A DNA stretch of 64,000 nt, from positions 2,272,083-2,336,082 of the forward strand of contig JBMNES010000001.1 in the NCBI GenBank assembly GCA_050948905.1, read 5' to 3'. Positions 1-9,512 of the stretch are shown here, piece by piece. The first letter of the stretch is position 1, and the number at the start of each line of letters is the position of its first letter. Below the pieces are notes generated by a model that was given only the letters and a program-made list of their open reading frames with translations, did no database searches and had not been told where the DNA came from. This DNA is from Armatimonadota bacterium. Its GTDB lineage: Bacteria; Armatimonadota; UBA5829. Made by a program: the position numbers and the translations under genes.

Positions 1-722
1 CGCGCCTTAAGTTTGGCCAGCGCTTGCTGCACCATCTCCCGCGGCCTCAAATCGTTACCTCCACTATCGTTTCCGCCATAATAAGCATAGCCATAATCCA
101 GGGTAACCGGCTCGACTACGACAGACTCAACTGTCAGCGAGTTGTAAGAGACCTCGTGGTAGAAGTCTTTCACTGAACCGACCGCACCGTCGTAGGTATA
201 GCCGATTTTATTGAACAGGTCGTCGTATTGTTGCCGGGAATACGGAATTGCAAGGTCGGAAAAATTGACCAGCACCACCAGGTTCTTCATGGTGCCGGTT
301 GTTATGACCTGCGCGGATAGATCTTTGGCGGACATCGGATCCTTGTATTCCTTATCGATTATTTTTAACCGCAAGTGCTCGTTTTTGGAAAGCCCCAGCA
401 TAGCCGGGTTGATCGCCCCCACCACATACGGGGTCGGATGTATCAGCCCATTATCGACCACCGCGTAAACCCACGCGTTCGTCTCCTCTGATTTCGTGAT
501 GAGATATCCCGCATCGTCTTCGTTCCAGTGAAGTCTCTCATCTCCCTTGAGGTAAACCGTAATGATATCTCCATTGGGCTGAGTTACTTTTGCAGGCATC
601 GGACACGCCGGTATACAATGACCGGCTTGAGAAAACATCCCTGCTGCTATCAGCGCTATAAACACTGCAAGATATAATGAGCGATTTAAAAAACAGGTGC
701 GAACCCGTGTGATATTCAACAA
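1..722 (-). CDS. Secreted M6-family (immune-inhibitor-A-like) metalloprotease, N-terminal part; the ORF runs off the left edge
   Basis: My own minus-strand translation of bases 1-722 is open to the window edge. It begins with TTG at about 722 preceded by GGAGG, has a signal-peptide-like N-terminus (..RVRTCFLNRSLYLAVFIALIAAG..), and contains a MKNLVVLVNFSDL motif typical of M6 peptidases. It is absent from the ORF track because it is truncated. Confidence 0.5.
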   Translation of the reverse strand, partial: MLNITRVRTCFLNRSLYLAVFIALIAAGMFSQAGHCIPACPMPAKVTQPNGDIITVYLKGDERLHWNEDDAGYLITKSEETNAWVYAVVDNGLIHPTPYVVGAINPAMLGLSKNEHLRLKIIDKEYKDPMSAKDLSAQVITTGTMKNLVVLVNFSDLAIPYSRQQYDDLFNKIGYTYDGAVGSVKDFYHEVSYNSLTVESVVVEPVTLDYGYAYYGGNDSGGNDLRPREMVQQALAKLKA

Positions 723-913
723 GTCGTGCCTCCAAGTCCGTGCTACCCAGATATAACCACTGCACGTTTATGCTGCTAACCTGCATTATGCCATGCTCGA
801 TTGCTTATGTCGAGGCCAACTCACAAAAGCAGCCCTGCGCGTGGTCTGGATATTCTGGGTAATCTAATTTTGTATTAGGTCAATTTACGCAAAAGCGTAG
901 TGGAGGCTGGAAG

Positions 914-1204
914 ATGGGCGAGCTTGATGTGGAGGCTCGCGCCTTTCTGGAGAAGTTCCAGGATCAGCCCGAAGAGATCAGGCAGGTCTTCGTATATGTG
1001 GTGTGCCAGACGATGGTTCAGACGGGGTTACTGAGGTTTATGGGCGCTTTTGACAATCCCGGCCTTGGTATCACGCTGATATACAAAAATCCTGACACTG
1101 GGGAGGCATTTGAGATAATCAAACCAGAAATGACTTCCGACGAAGAACAAGCCCTGCAGACGCACATCACGGAATTGCTTCAAGGGAACGCGCGAGCGGC
1201 TTAG
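914..1204 (+). CDS. Hypothetical small protein (96 aa)
   Basis: ORF with GGAGG 6 nt upstream of the ATG. No recognisable family. Confidence 0.35.
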   Translation: MGELDVEARAFLEKFQDQPEEIRQVFVYVVCQTMVQTGLLRFMGAFDNPGLGITLIYKNPDTGEAFEIIKPEMTSDEEQALQTHITELLQGNARAA

Positions 1205-1316
1205 ATATATGACTGGCCCGGACAGCTTATATGCCCGGGCCATTATAACTTCCATATCCACCCATCTGCTATAATAGACTGCGATATATCCCCAACAGAC
1301 CACAGGAGGCCGGAGT

Positions 1317-2567
1317 TTGGCCAAACCCAGAATAATCATAATAGGAGCAGGTCCTGCAGGCATGATGGCGGCTGGAAGAGCTGCAGAATGCGGGGCATAC
1401 GCAGTTCTTCTTGAGAAAGGCCCAGTGCCCGGCAGAAAACTGCGAATATCCGGCAAGGGCAGGGGAAATATCACAAACTCAGCGGATATGCAGAGATTCA
1501 TCGACGCATTCTCCCCGAACGGCAAATTTCTCTACGGCGCATTCTCACGGTTTTTCAGGGATGAGCTGCTCGAACTGTTGTCAGATTATGGAGTTGAGAC
1601 CAAAACAGAGCGCGGGGGCCGCATCTTTCCTGTCTCAGACAAAGCCTCCGACGTGGTAGCGGCGCTGCAGAATTGGATGACCGCCGCCGGGGTACAGCTC
1701 AAAACAGGCTTCACGGCAAAGTCTGTTTCAGTCGAAAATGGCAGAGTAAACGGCGTAGTTGTGCACGGCGGCACGATGAGCGCGGATGCTGTGATTATAG
1801 CAACCGGCGGCGCGTCGTATCCAAAGACAGGTTCCACCGGAGATGGGTACGCTATGGCAAGGGAGGTCGGCCACACCATAGTCACCCCGGAATCCGCGCT
1901 CTCGGCGATGATGACTGAAGAGGACTGGGTCAAAAACCTCCAGGGGGTGTCGCTGCGCAACGTAAAAGCGTCGCTTTACACTGATCAATCAGCCAAAAAA
2001 CCAATCGCCTCTCAGTTCGGAGAAATGCTATTTACCCACAACGGGGTTTCAGGGCCGATCATTCTCACCCTCAGCCGCAACGCGCGCACGCTTCTTCGAT
2101 CAGGCAAAGTATCTATATCAATCGACCTAAAACCGGCGCTTTCAGAAGAGCAACTGCACACCAGACTGTTGCGCGATTTTACCCAGACCAGGCATCTCGG
2201 AAATTATATGACAGGCCTGCTGCCCCGAACTCTCAGCGAGACGTTCGTCTACCTCACAGGCATCGACCCCGCTAAACCTGTGAATACCATAACCGCCGAG
2301 CAGCGAGCAAGAATAATAGCCCTGCTGAAAGACTTCAGGGTGACTGCGACCAGGCTGGCCCCATTAGAGGAAGCGATCGTGACCGCTGGCGGCGTGCCGA
2401 CGCATGAAATCGACCCTAGAACGATGCAGTCCAAAATTGTCGATGGGTTGTATTTTGCCGGCGAGGTGATCAATATCGACGCTGAAACCGGGGGGTTCAA
2501 TTTACAGGCGGCCTTTTCAACCGGCAGAGTCGCCGGAGAAGCAGCCGCCTGTTCGAAGTTAATCTAG
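1317..2567 (+). CDS. NAD(P)/FAD-dependent oxidoreductase, HI0933/YhiN (BaiN-like) family
   Basis: N-terminal IIIIGAGPAGMMAAGRAA Rossmann motif. Size about 410 aa. TTG start with AGGAGG upstream. Confidence 0.8.
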   Translation: MAKPRIIIIGAGPAGMMAAGRAAECGAYAVLLEKGPVPGRKLRISGKGRGNITNSADMQRFIDAFSPNGKFLYGAFSRFFRDELLELLSDYGVETKTERGGRIFPVSDKASDVVAALQNWMTAAGVQLKTGFTAKSVSVENGRVNGVVVHGGTMSADAVIIATGGASYPKTGSTGDGYAMAREVGHTIVTPESALSAMMTEEDWVKNLQGVSLRNVKASLYTDQSAKKPIASQFGEMLFTHNGVSGPIILTLSRNARTLLRSGKVSISIDLKPALSEEQLHTRLLRDFTQTRHLGNYMTGLLPRTLSETFVYLTGIDPAKPVNTITAEQRARIIALLKDFRVTATRLAPLEEAIVTAGGVPTHEIDPRTMQSKIVDGLYFAGEVINIDAETGGFNLQAAFSTGRVAGEAAACSKLI

Positions 2568-3176
2568 TCCGACTTTGGCAGCGGCGCTGCTGGCCGCCTC
2601 CCAACTGCCGAACCGCTCCATAACCTGCTTATATAATCGCGGGTATCGTGAGCTTGCTTCGCCCGCGGTCAATATGTTTGCGCCTCTCGACATCACTCGC
2701 AGCCGGGTGATGAGCGTCCTTTTGCTGCGAGTATTGCGGCCGGAAGTCGACGCAGTCCTGTTTTTCTGCAGCATCGCGTCATAGTCCACGCCCTGTTCGG
2801 TGAGAGTCTTTCTCCAACTTCCATAATATCGTGGACTGACGGCGGCGCTGAACAGCGCAGGGTGCTTCGACCTAACCGTCGCAGCGGCCAGGCATTCACC
2901 TGAATTGATAAGCTTTTTGACTTCCTTGTCGATTCGCTCCAACGACCAGCGCGTAACTTTAGCGGCACGGTCTAGCTGAGATTCTCTTCGAATAAGCGCA
3001 TAGTCGATCCCTGCTGCCGTAACGGCGCTGGCCCAACTGCCGAAATACCTGACAGCCGCGCTCACTAATCTTTGATGGTTGATCGCTACTTCACTGTGTC
3101 TGAGGGGTTGTCCCTCGTCCTTTAGACGTTTGATCTCCTGGGTAATAACCTCCCTGGACCAACGTTGCACTACCAT
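2559..3176 (-). CDS. Protein with three tandem repeats resembling the homing-endonuclease-associated repeat (RYFGSW..A..AAG)
   Basis: Three internal repeats end in RYFGSWASAVTAAGIDY, RYYGSWRKTLTEQGVDY and ERFGSWEAASSAAAKVGLD. Start chosen at the ATG with AGGAG upstream (MVVQRW); the ORF track's longer TTG start at 3212 is the alternative. Confidence 0.55.
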   Translation of the reverse strand: MVVQRWSREVITQEIKRLKDEGQPLRHSEVAINHQRLVSAAVRYFGSWASAVTAAGIDYALIRRESQLDRAAKVTRWSLERIDKEVKKLINSGECLAAATVRSKHPALFSAAVSPRYYGSWRKTLTEQGVDYDAMLQKNRTASTSGRNTRSKRTLITRLRVMSRGANILTAGEASSRYPRLYKQVMERFGSWEAASSAAAKVGLD

Positions 3177-3401
3177 TTTGCACTCCTGACAATATTTCTC
3201 GAAAACCAGCAAACACTCACATCCAACGAGACAGATCGCGACTGGTTTTCAAAGCCGGATAACTTGGTGTTACTGACATTTTCTGTCACTCATCCGGCAA
3301 ACGGCTAGGCTACTACACTTACACAAGACCCCTCTAGCCACGAAGCCCTGCTGCCGAGGATGACTAATTACTCACCCTCACGTAGACTGCCCAGTCTATG
3401 C

Positions 3402-5198
3402 TTAACGAATCCTCACAACCTCCATCCCGCAGCGCTTACAATCAAAACGCAGTTCGAGGTGGTGGCCTTCTTCATCGACCAGAACAAGCGGATTATCATC
3501 TCCACACATATCCAACTGATGCCGCAGGCAATATCTGGTCGTCATTACTCTCTGGCCGATCAAGTCTACACCTGTTTCGGCCGCCGGGTCAATTTCACTG
3601 ACCCCATGTCTTTTGTAGAACGTTGCGGCAAGCTCATTCAGAACGTTGCCTTCGAATGTCAGTTTATCAACAGGGTAGGGGAGATCGTTCTTTTTGCTGC
3701 CCCCTGTTAATATAGGTCGTTTGGCTGATCGAACATTAGCCAAATTTTCCAATGTTCCGCGTCGCAGTGAATTGAGCACGGACATCGGCACAAACAACGG
3801 CTCGGAAAGATTTATATCAATATCGCTGCACACGAACTGCGTGCCGCCAGTTTTTGTCAACTGTTTGCGGATATTCTCTGTGGCCTGTTCGGGCTTTTCA
3901 GCGACGATCTTCTCGTATTCAATCGCAAACTCCGCCTCGCAATTATCCTCATCCAATGCCTTAAGAACGAGGCCGTCATCAGTCTGCGAAAGGGTCATGC
4001 GCACGTCTATTAGACGTTGCCCACTGGCCTTTTTGATCCGTGATAAAAACTCGTGATCGTGATTTCTATACAGCGCCATCCCCGCCTCAATGCCCTTTGG
4101 CTTATCCGGCGCTATGGCGTCGTCGTGAACTTCGTTTACTATGCTCCCTCGCATCCCGCCGTTACGGTCAAAGAAGCATATTCCGTCCCCAGGATGAATC
4201 TCGGCTTCTGGCTGAATACGGACATATTTCCTGCCCGCGCTCAAAACGTCCCCAATCCGTTCTCCCACCATCTTAGGAGTCTCCGGCCTTCCGACCTTCT
4301 CTTTGGCTCCGTGCAGGAAATGGCTGGTGTAGCTGCGGTTAAAGGTCTTATTTACATCCGGCGTAAACCCCGGCTCGCAGGTCCCCGAGGAGCTTTTTCG
4401 CACGCCAAGCTCGTCCAGTTTCGCTCTATAATATGCAGTGACGTTTGCGACGTAGGCTCTGTCTTTGAGCCTTCCCTCTATTTTGAACGAGCTGATCCCT
4501 GCGTCGATCAATTCCTGAATATGCTCAGAGAGATTGAGATCCTTCAGAGAAAGCCAGTGGCTCTTTTGTGCAATTGTCTCACCCTGAGCATTAAGCAACG
4601 AATACGCCTTACGGCACGGCTGTGCGCACTGGCCCCTGTTTCCGCTTCTACCGCCCAGCGCATAGCTCAAATAACACTGACCACTATATCCCACGCACAA
4701 AGAGCCGTGTATAAAACACTCCAGCTCCAGCGTAGTCTGCTTCCGAATATCTTTAATCTGCTCGATATCGAGTTCCCTGGCCAATATAGCCCGCGAAAAC
4801 CCGACATTCTCCAGAAACGCCACTCGCTCAGCCGTGTTATTGTGCATCTGTGTGCTTGCGATAAGGGGAATCGGCGGCAGATCGAGTTCGAGCAGCCCGG
4901 TATCCTGAATAATAAGACCGTCGATCTTAGCGGAGTGCAGTTCGCCAATCAGGCGCTCAGCCTCTTCCAGCTCGCTGTCGCGCAAAAGGGTGTTAACGGT
5001 TACATATACCTTCGCCCAGTATTTGTGAGCATATTCCGCCAGCGATGCGATATCTGCAACGTCGTTGCCGGCGTTTTCTCTGGCCCCGAATCTCGGCGCT
5101 CCGATATAGACAGCATCTGCGCCAAAGTCGATTGCGGCGACTCCGCATTCGAGGTCTCTGGCAGGGGAGAGTAATTCTACTGTATTTCCTGATATCAA
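3402..5198 (-). CDS. Peptidase U32 family protein (long form, YhbU/YegQ-like)
   Basis: 598 aa with U32 hallmarks (ELLSPA..L..A...GADAVY.G, conserved Cys-rich E..FIHG..C..YSGQC segment). C-terminal extension as in long U32 proteins. Confidence 0.85.
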   Translation of the reverse strand: MISGNTVELLSPARDLECGVAAIDFGADAVYIGAPRFGARENAGNDVADIASLAEYAHKYWAKVYVTVNTLLRDSELEEAERLIGELHSAKIDGLIIQDTGLLELDLPPIPLIASTQMHNNTAERVAFLENVGFSRAILARELDIEQIKDIRKQTTLELECFIHGSLCVGYSGQCYLSYALGGRSGNRGQCAQPCRKAYSLLNAQGETIAQKSHWLSLKDLNLSEHIQELIDAGISSFKIEGRLKDRAYVANVTAYYRAKLDELGVRKSSSGTCEPGFTPDVNKTFNRSYTSHFLHGAKEKVGRPETPKMVGERIGDVLSAGRKYVRIQPEAEIHPGDGICFFDRNGGMRGSIVNEVHDDAIAPDKPKGIEAGMALYRNHDHEFLSRIKKASGQRLIDVRMTLSQTDDGLVLKALDEDNCEAEFAIEYEKIVAEKPEQATENIRKQLTKTGGTQFVCSDIDINLSEPLFVPMSVLNSLRRGTLENLANVRSAKRPILTGGSKKNDLPYPVDKLTFEGNVLNELAATFYKRHGVSEIDPAAETGVDLIGQRVMTTRYCLRHQLDMCGDDNPLVLVDEEGHHLELRFDCKRCGMEVVRIR

Positions 5199-5351
5199 TT
5201 AAAAAGCTTTCATCCGTCGCCGCTACAAGCTATTTAAGTATACAATCGAGTTTTAACTTATTTCGGCGCTGAGTGCTTCGACTACTATATTATTTATTCC
5301 ACTTCTTCATTATATCACGTTTATACTAACTTGGTTGAAAGAAAACAGCAA

Positions 5352-6176
5352 TTATCTAATAAGGCCGTGCTTACGTAAGCGCTCTCTCCGGCGATGGCAC
5401 GGCTCACAGGCTATAGACTCGCAAAACAGCCACCCAGGATTCTCACGCAACTGCTCCGCAATAGCATCCACAATCGACCTGGCATCCATCAACATACAAT
5501 CGGCGCGGCAAACCCTGCCGCGCTTCAGGAGACCCTTCCGCTCCAGCACCTTGTCCACCACGCGAAAATTCACACTGCAGCCCGGATAATCCACCACCGG
5601 AACCTCCACTACAGCCCCATCTCGCTCCGCAAGCGCCGTCTTTCCCCAAAACTCTCTATACGGCACGTCATTATAAGGCAATCCGGATGCAGCTTCTGCA
5701 TAATGTATCATAGAATTGCGATCGTTTCCTACCCCGATCAGCAATATCTTAGCTCCAAGCTGATACGCCGTTTCATACGACGACCCCGGCCCAAGCCCGC
5801 ATGCGTTCTCTCTGTTCTCAGTTAACAATTTCGCGTCTTTGCCCAGTGCCGCCACAGAATAGGTCGGGCTTCCGCTGCGCAGCGAACCGTCATAATAACG
5901 CAGAGAATCCGCGATAATTCCCATAAACAGCGGAGGTGTCGAATCGGGATCATACGGAGTCACGTTCCAAATGCCCGAATAGCAATAGGTGAATGTCGGC
6001 ATCATAATCGTGCCGTCGGTCCCCACCACGTCCGCCAGCGTGCAGATGACGTCCATAGGCGTCCGATACGCCAGCCCCAATGAGCGAAACGAACTGTGTA
6101 CAATCAGCAGATCCCCTGCGCGCACACCAAGTCGCAACAGGTCCCGCCGCATAGATGGGATTATCTCACCGGTCAC
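5352..6176 (-). CDS. Aminoglycoside N3-acetyltransferase (AAC(3)) family protein
   Basis: LLIVHSSFRSLG, ILLIGVGNDRNSMIHYAE and C-terminal CEPC motifs align with the AAC(3) family (e.g. AAC(3)-IV has LLLVHSSFRSV, LLLGVGHDANTTLHLAE, CEEC). Confidence 0.75.
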   Translation of the reverse strand: MTGEIIPSMRRDLLRLGVRAGDLLIVHSSFRSLGLAYRTPMDVICTLADVVGTDGTIMMPTFTYCYSGIWNVTPYDPDSTPPLFMGIIADSLRYYDGSLRSGSPTYSVAALGKDAKLLTENRENACGLGPGSSYETAYQLGAKILLIGVGNDRNSMIHYAEAASGLPYNDVPYREFWGKTALAERDGAVVEVPVVDYPGCSVNFRVVDKVLERKGLLKRGRVCRADCMLMDARSIVDAIAEQLRENPGWLFCESIACEPCHRRRERLRKHGLIR

Positions 6177-7186
6177 TTTGCTTCGGCCTTCGCTGTGGCT
6201 GTCAAATTGAACTCCGCCCGGTAACGTCCCTGTCCAACCGACACAGACGCCGCCAACGGCACGCTATCCAAAGCAGCCTCATCTTTAGACGCAGAAACTA
6301 ACTCGAAGGTTACCTTATGAGTCTTACCAGCGGTCAAATCTTTGAATGAGAGGTCTTTTACGTCGTGCTTCCAACCATCGGGCAGCGATATCGATATGTT
6401 ACCGGAGATCGGCAGATCACACTCGTTTAGCAGATTCGCTTCCACAACCGGCTTGCCGTCTCGCATTTTCAAGGTGGCTGTGAAATCCACAGGAGTAAGA
6501 GCAACCACCGCGTCGTTGCGCAGGATAGGATTTTTTATGACGCGGAACATTCGATCCCTGGCCTGCTGGAAAAGATCACAGGCTTTGTCGACATTTTCGA
6601 CCACCTTAGCCTCTTCGGTTTGCGCAGGCAGAGTCATACGCTTCAAAATTTTACCAGTCGGCGCCAGGATAACCGTAACCGCGCGTCGCCTCTGCTCCCT
6701 GTTTGTGGCAGTCGATGCCCAGCCGCTCGCCTGGCTCAAAGTGTAGGCAATTCTCTTCGCTTCCGGATCATTGGCCTTCACCATACGGCTGTTTGCCTTA
6801 GTAGTCTTCGGCAGCGCAGCTTCGAGGCAGCGGATCTTTGCCGGATCCGCCGTCCGCCCGACTATGGACAGCTCTATTCCTTCACTCAGCTCTTTTGCGG
6901 TTTTTTTGAACTTGAACTCCTGGTCGATGTAGACGTCATAGTCCTGGTCGGCCAATCCGGTGGTCTTTAAGGTAAATGTCTGCGGGGTGAAAATCAGGCT
7001 TCTCACATACAACCCAACCTGATCGCCCAACACTTTCAGGCCTTTGGCATCAAGCGATGTTACGCTGCTGACAGCACTTTTTGCAGCCGCGTCCACCGTG
7101 ACCACCCCGTTGTCGCAATACACCTGCGAAGAGAATAAAATAACAAGGGCTATAAGACCCAAAATTACAGTCCGCGAAAGTCTCAT
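6173..7186 (-). CDS. Secreted hypothetical protein; overlaps the AAC(3) gene start by 4 nt
   Basis: Start set at the ATG with AGGAGG 9 nt upstream (MRLSRTVILGLIALVILFSS signal peptide). No family recognised. Confidence 0.6.
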   Translation of the reverse strand: MRLSRTVILGLIALVILFSSQVYCDNGVVTVDAAAKSAVSSVTSLDAKGLKVLGDQVGLYVRSLIFTPQTFTLKTTGLADQDYDVYIDQEFKFKKTAKELSEGIELSIVGRTADPAKIRCLEAALPKTTKANSRMVKANDPEAKRIAYTLSQASGWASTATNREQRRRAVTVILAPTGKILKRMTLPAQTEEAKVVENVDKACDLFQQARDRMFRVIKNPILRNDAVVALTPVDFTATLKMRDGKPVVEANLLNECDLPISGNISISLPDGWKHDVKDLSFKDLTAGKTHKVTFELVSASKDEAALDSVPLAASVSVGQGRYRAEFNLTATAKAEAK

Positions 7187-7330
7187 AGGTGTGGTCCTCC
7201 TGTGATATATCGTGCCACGACCGAGCAATAATCTCATTATAACAACTGCTTTCTAAGACGACAATTGTTGCTGTGTACTGCATAAAACGCATTTAAGCGT
7301 AAACTGAGCATAAAATATTCTGCATTAACC

Positions 7331-7360
7331 TTGCCAATGGCCGCTGGGTTGATATATAAT
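7331..7360 (+). promoter_or_regulatory. Sigma-70-like promoter (TTGCCA, 16-18 nt spacer, TATATAAT)
   Basis: Pattern ttgccaatggccgctgggttgatatataat read directly upstream of the small ORF and the sigH-like gene. Confidence 0.3.
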
Positions 7361-7377
7361 CCCTACCGGTGACGACT

Positions 7378-7659
7378 ATGGAAAACGGTCTGGATGTCTC
7401 GTTACAACCAAGCTGCGATGAGCAGGTGCTGATTAAGGCTGCAGAAAAGCTCTCAACAGCCCTGGATGTGGCTATTGAGATACTCGGAGAGATGCAAAAA
7501 CTCGTCTCCTCCGGGCGTCCCAAGTCGCTTAAGGTCAAACTCGGAGATCGAACGCTGACGGAGTTTCCTGTCGCGCTGTCTGCGAGTGCGGCTTTTGCAG
7601 CGGGATTGGCCGCTGTGCTGCTAACTAAGCTGGCTGTTGAGATGGACCACGAAGATTAA
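7378..7659 (+). CDS. Hypothetical small protein with a hydrophobic C-terminus, immediately upstream of the sigma factor gene
   Basis: ORF ends 3 nt before the sigma-factor gene. The start is uncertain (GTG at 7369 or ATG at 7378). Confidence 0.35.
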   Translation: MENGLDVSLQPSCDEQVLIKAAEKLSTALDVAIEILGEMQKLVSSGRPKSLKVKLGDRTLTEFPVALSASAAFAAGLAAVLLTKLAVEMDHED

Positions 7660-7662
7660 GAG

Positions 7663-8340
7663 GTGACCGGCGTGCGGGACCAAGTTCAGGAAGAGCGTAG
7701 TCTCTTGCAGTCGCATTACATCGCGTTGGCGGATCAGGATGTAGTCCGGATAGCCCAGGCAGGCGACGAACAGGCCTCTGAATATCTGCTGTATAAGTAT
7801 CGCAGCCTGGTGAGAACGAAGATCCGGTCTTACTTTTTGATGGGCGCCGAAAAGGAGGACCTGCTGCAGGTCGGTATGATCGGGTTGTGGCAGGCTATCG
7901 TAGACTATCGCCCCGAAAAGGAGATATCCTTTATCTCCTTTGCCAGAATCTGTATCGAGCGCCACGTCATTACTGCGATCAAAACAGCCACCCGACAGAA
8001 ACAATCGCCGCTCAATATGTCGGTCTCGCTGGAATATCCTTCCGACGACAACGACTCAGAGTGGAACCTCGCTGAGATACTTGTCTCCGACGACACAGTC
8101 GATCCAGAAGAACTCGTGCTGCAAAAAGAAGACAGCACGCGCCTTCAGGATATGCTGCGAAGAATGCTCAGCGACTTCGAGTGGCGGGTGCTGTCCGGAT
8201 ATCAAATCGGTAAATCCTACCGTGAGATCGCCTGCGAACTGGAGTGCAAGACAAAATCCGTCGATAATGCTCTCGCGCGGATCAAACGGAAAATATCCTG
8301 CTCCCCGTTCGGCTGGCCCGGTATCACAGACGGCAAATAA
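7663..8340 (+). CDS. sigH: Sigma-70 family RNA polymerase sigma factor, SigH-like (stationary-phase/sporulation sigma-H type)
   Basis: Strong similarity to Bacillus SigH as I recall it: YKYRSLVRTKIRSYFLMGAEKEDLLQVGMIGLWQAI, ITAIKTATRQKQSPLN, SYREIACELECKTKSVDNALARIKRKI. GTG start, so the exact start is uncertain. Confidence 0.85.
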   Translation: MTGVRDQVQEERSLLQSHYIALADQDVVRIAQAGDEQASEYLLYKYRSLVRTKIRSYFLMGAEKEDLLQVGMIGLWQAIVDYRPEKEISFISFARICIERHVITAIKTATRQKQSPLNMSVSLEYPSDDNDSEWNLAEILVSDDTVDPEELVLQKEDSTRLQDMLRRMLSDFEWRVLSGYQIGKSYREIACELECKTKSVDNALARIKRKISCSPFGWPGITDGK

Positions 8341-8342
8341 GT

Positions 8343-9512
8343 TTATTTACCCTTGGGGTTAATCGTAAAGACCAGCTCTCCCACACCGACCTGGGACTTC
8401 CATATCTCCGCACCGCCTGGAGAGTTGGACGTGGTGGCGGCATAAATCGCCCGATAGGTGTTATCCCCGATTCGCTCCAAAGCCCCGGTGCCGTCGATGG
8501 TCGATATCCCCAAAAAATAGCAGTTCTTATTAAAAGCATCGTCGTGGCTGCCATCCAACAACGCAGGTCCATTGTCCCCGATCTGCCATTTGAGACCGTC
8601 TCTGGAAAACTGCAATGTTGGCACCGTGCGACCGGTGTCGTTGCCGGTAAACGTTATGCGAACAAACAACGGCCCGCCTGGTGCTTCAGCCGCATAAGCG
8701 ATCTGATTTCCCAACTGCGCCAGATTGACTCCCTTTTCGCGGTCATTCCAATCGAATGTCTTTGGGTCAGCGCTTCGGATTCGCGAGTAACCCTCAAACC
8801 CCTTCTTCGTATTTACTGCGACATACATCCAAAACGGCTTCTTGTCTTTATCCCACGGCACATAAACCATTTCCTGATGGTGCAGCGCCGTCGTCTCCGG
8901 CGAGTCTACGTTCACCACCACTCCGCGTTCCTCAAAGCGAGTCCAGTCATAGCCATTTCGGCTGGTAAACAGCAAAATACGGTCAGCCCCAACCTTGGCT
9001 TTTACCCCAGGTATATCTAACGGAGTGCCCGGGTCGATCTGCACTTGTGTATACATATAATATACGCCGTTGACCTTCAACACTTCCGGTTCGAGGCAAT
9101 TGTTGGAGAACCACTGGCCCGGCTTGCCGCTCTCACATCCGATGAAAAACTCCGGCCGGTTATAGGGCATCTTCCAGGTGTTGGGTTTGCCTGTTGCGGA
9201 GATATACTGCATCACGTGGTCGCCATCGGCGCATTTGATCCCCGGCCGTCTCCATCGCCCACCGGCATACATGCGATAACGTTCGCCATCCTTAATGATA
9301 TGCACGCTGTAATTATAAGCCGGCTCGCCGCCGGTTATGGGTCGGTCCACCGCCGAGTTGTGACCGTAGAAGATGCTCTTTAAAGTTATCGAATCGATCT
9401 CTGGATAGTCGTTGAACTTCAGCATATTAATCTTATAATCAGCAGCCGGGCATGCTCCGCAAAGTAAGCCAGTCAAAATCGCCGCCGCGATCAGCATATT
9501 TCTAAAAATCAT
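8343..9512 (-). CDS. Secreted beta-propeller protein, likely a glycoside-hydrolase-like (GH43/GH32-type fold) enzyme
   Basis: N-terminal signal peptide. Composition (W/Y/G-rich, repeated blades) suggests a propeller-fold glycosidase. The family assignment is tentative. Confidence 0.55.
   Translation of the reverse strand: MIFRNMLIAAAILTGLLCGACPAADYKINMLKFNDYPEIDSITLKSIFYGHNSAVDRPITGGEPAYNYSVHIIKDGERYRMYAGGRWRRPGIKCADGDHVMQYISATGKPNTWKMPYNRPEFFIGCESGKPGQWFSNNCLEPEVLKVNGVYYMYTQVQIDPGTPLDIPGVKAKVGADRILLFTSRNGYDWTRFEERGVVVNVDSPETTALHHQEMVYVPWDKDKKPFWMYVAVNTKKGFEGYSRIRSADPKTFDWNDREKGVNLAQLGNQIAYAAEAPGGPLFVRITFTGNDTGRTVPTLQFSRDGLKWQIGDNGPALLDGSHDDAFNKNCYFLGISTIDGTGALERIGDNTYRAIYAATTSNSPGGAEIWKSQVGVGELVFTINPKGK

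Noticed and set aside
211-786. ORF-track ORFs 211..468 (+) and 538..786 (-)
   Set aside because: Both lie inside or out of frame with the better-supported minus-strand M6-protease-like ORF (<1..722). That ORF has an RBS, a signal peptide and a family motif.
4053-5174. Long antisense ORFs inside well-supported genes: 4053..5174 in U32, 43045..44277 in purL, 45857..47149 in purB, 61045..61896 in metG, 39570..40400 in purM, 40880..41713 in purF, 20850..21425 in tkt, 56745..57293 in the ABC ATPase
   Set aside because: Each is on the opposite strand of a gene with clear family motifs and has low-complexity, R/H-rich translations typical of antisense frames in GC-rich DNA.
5352-6176. AAC(3) gene as a horizontally acquired resistance determinant
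   Set aside because: Its GC content and codon usage look native. It is translationally coupled to a chromosomal secreted-protein gene, and no IS, integron or plasmid features are nearby. It is more likely an intrinsic family member.
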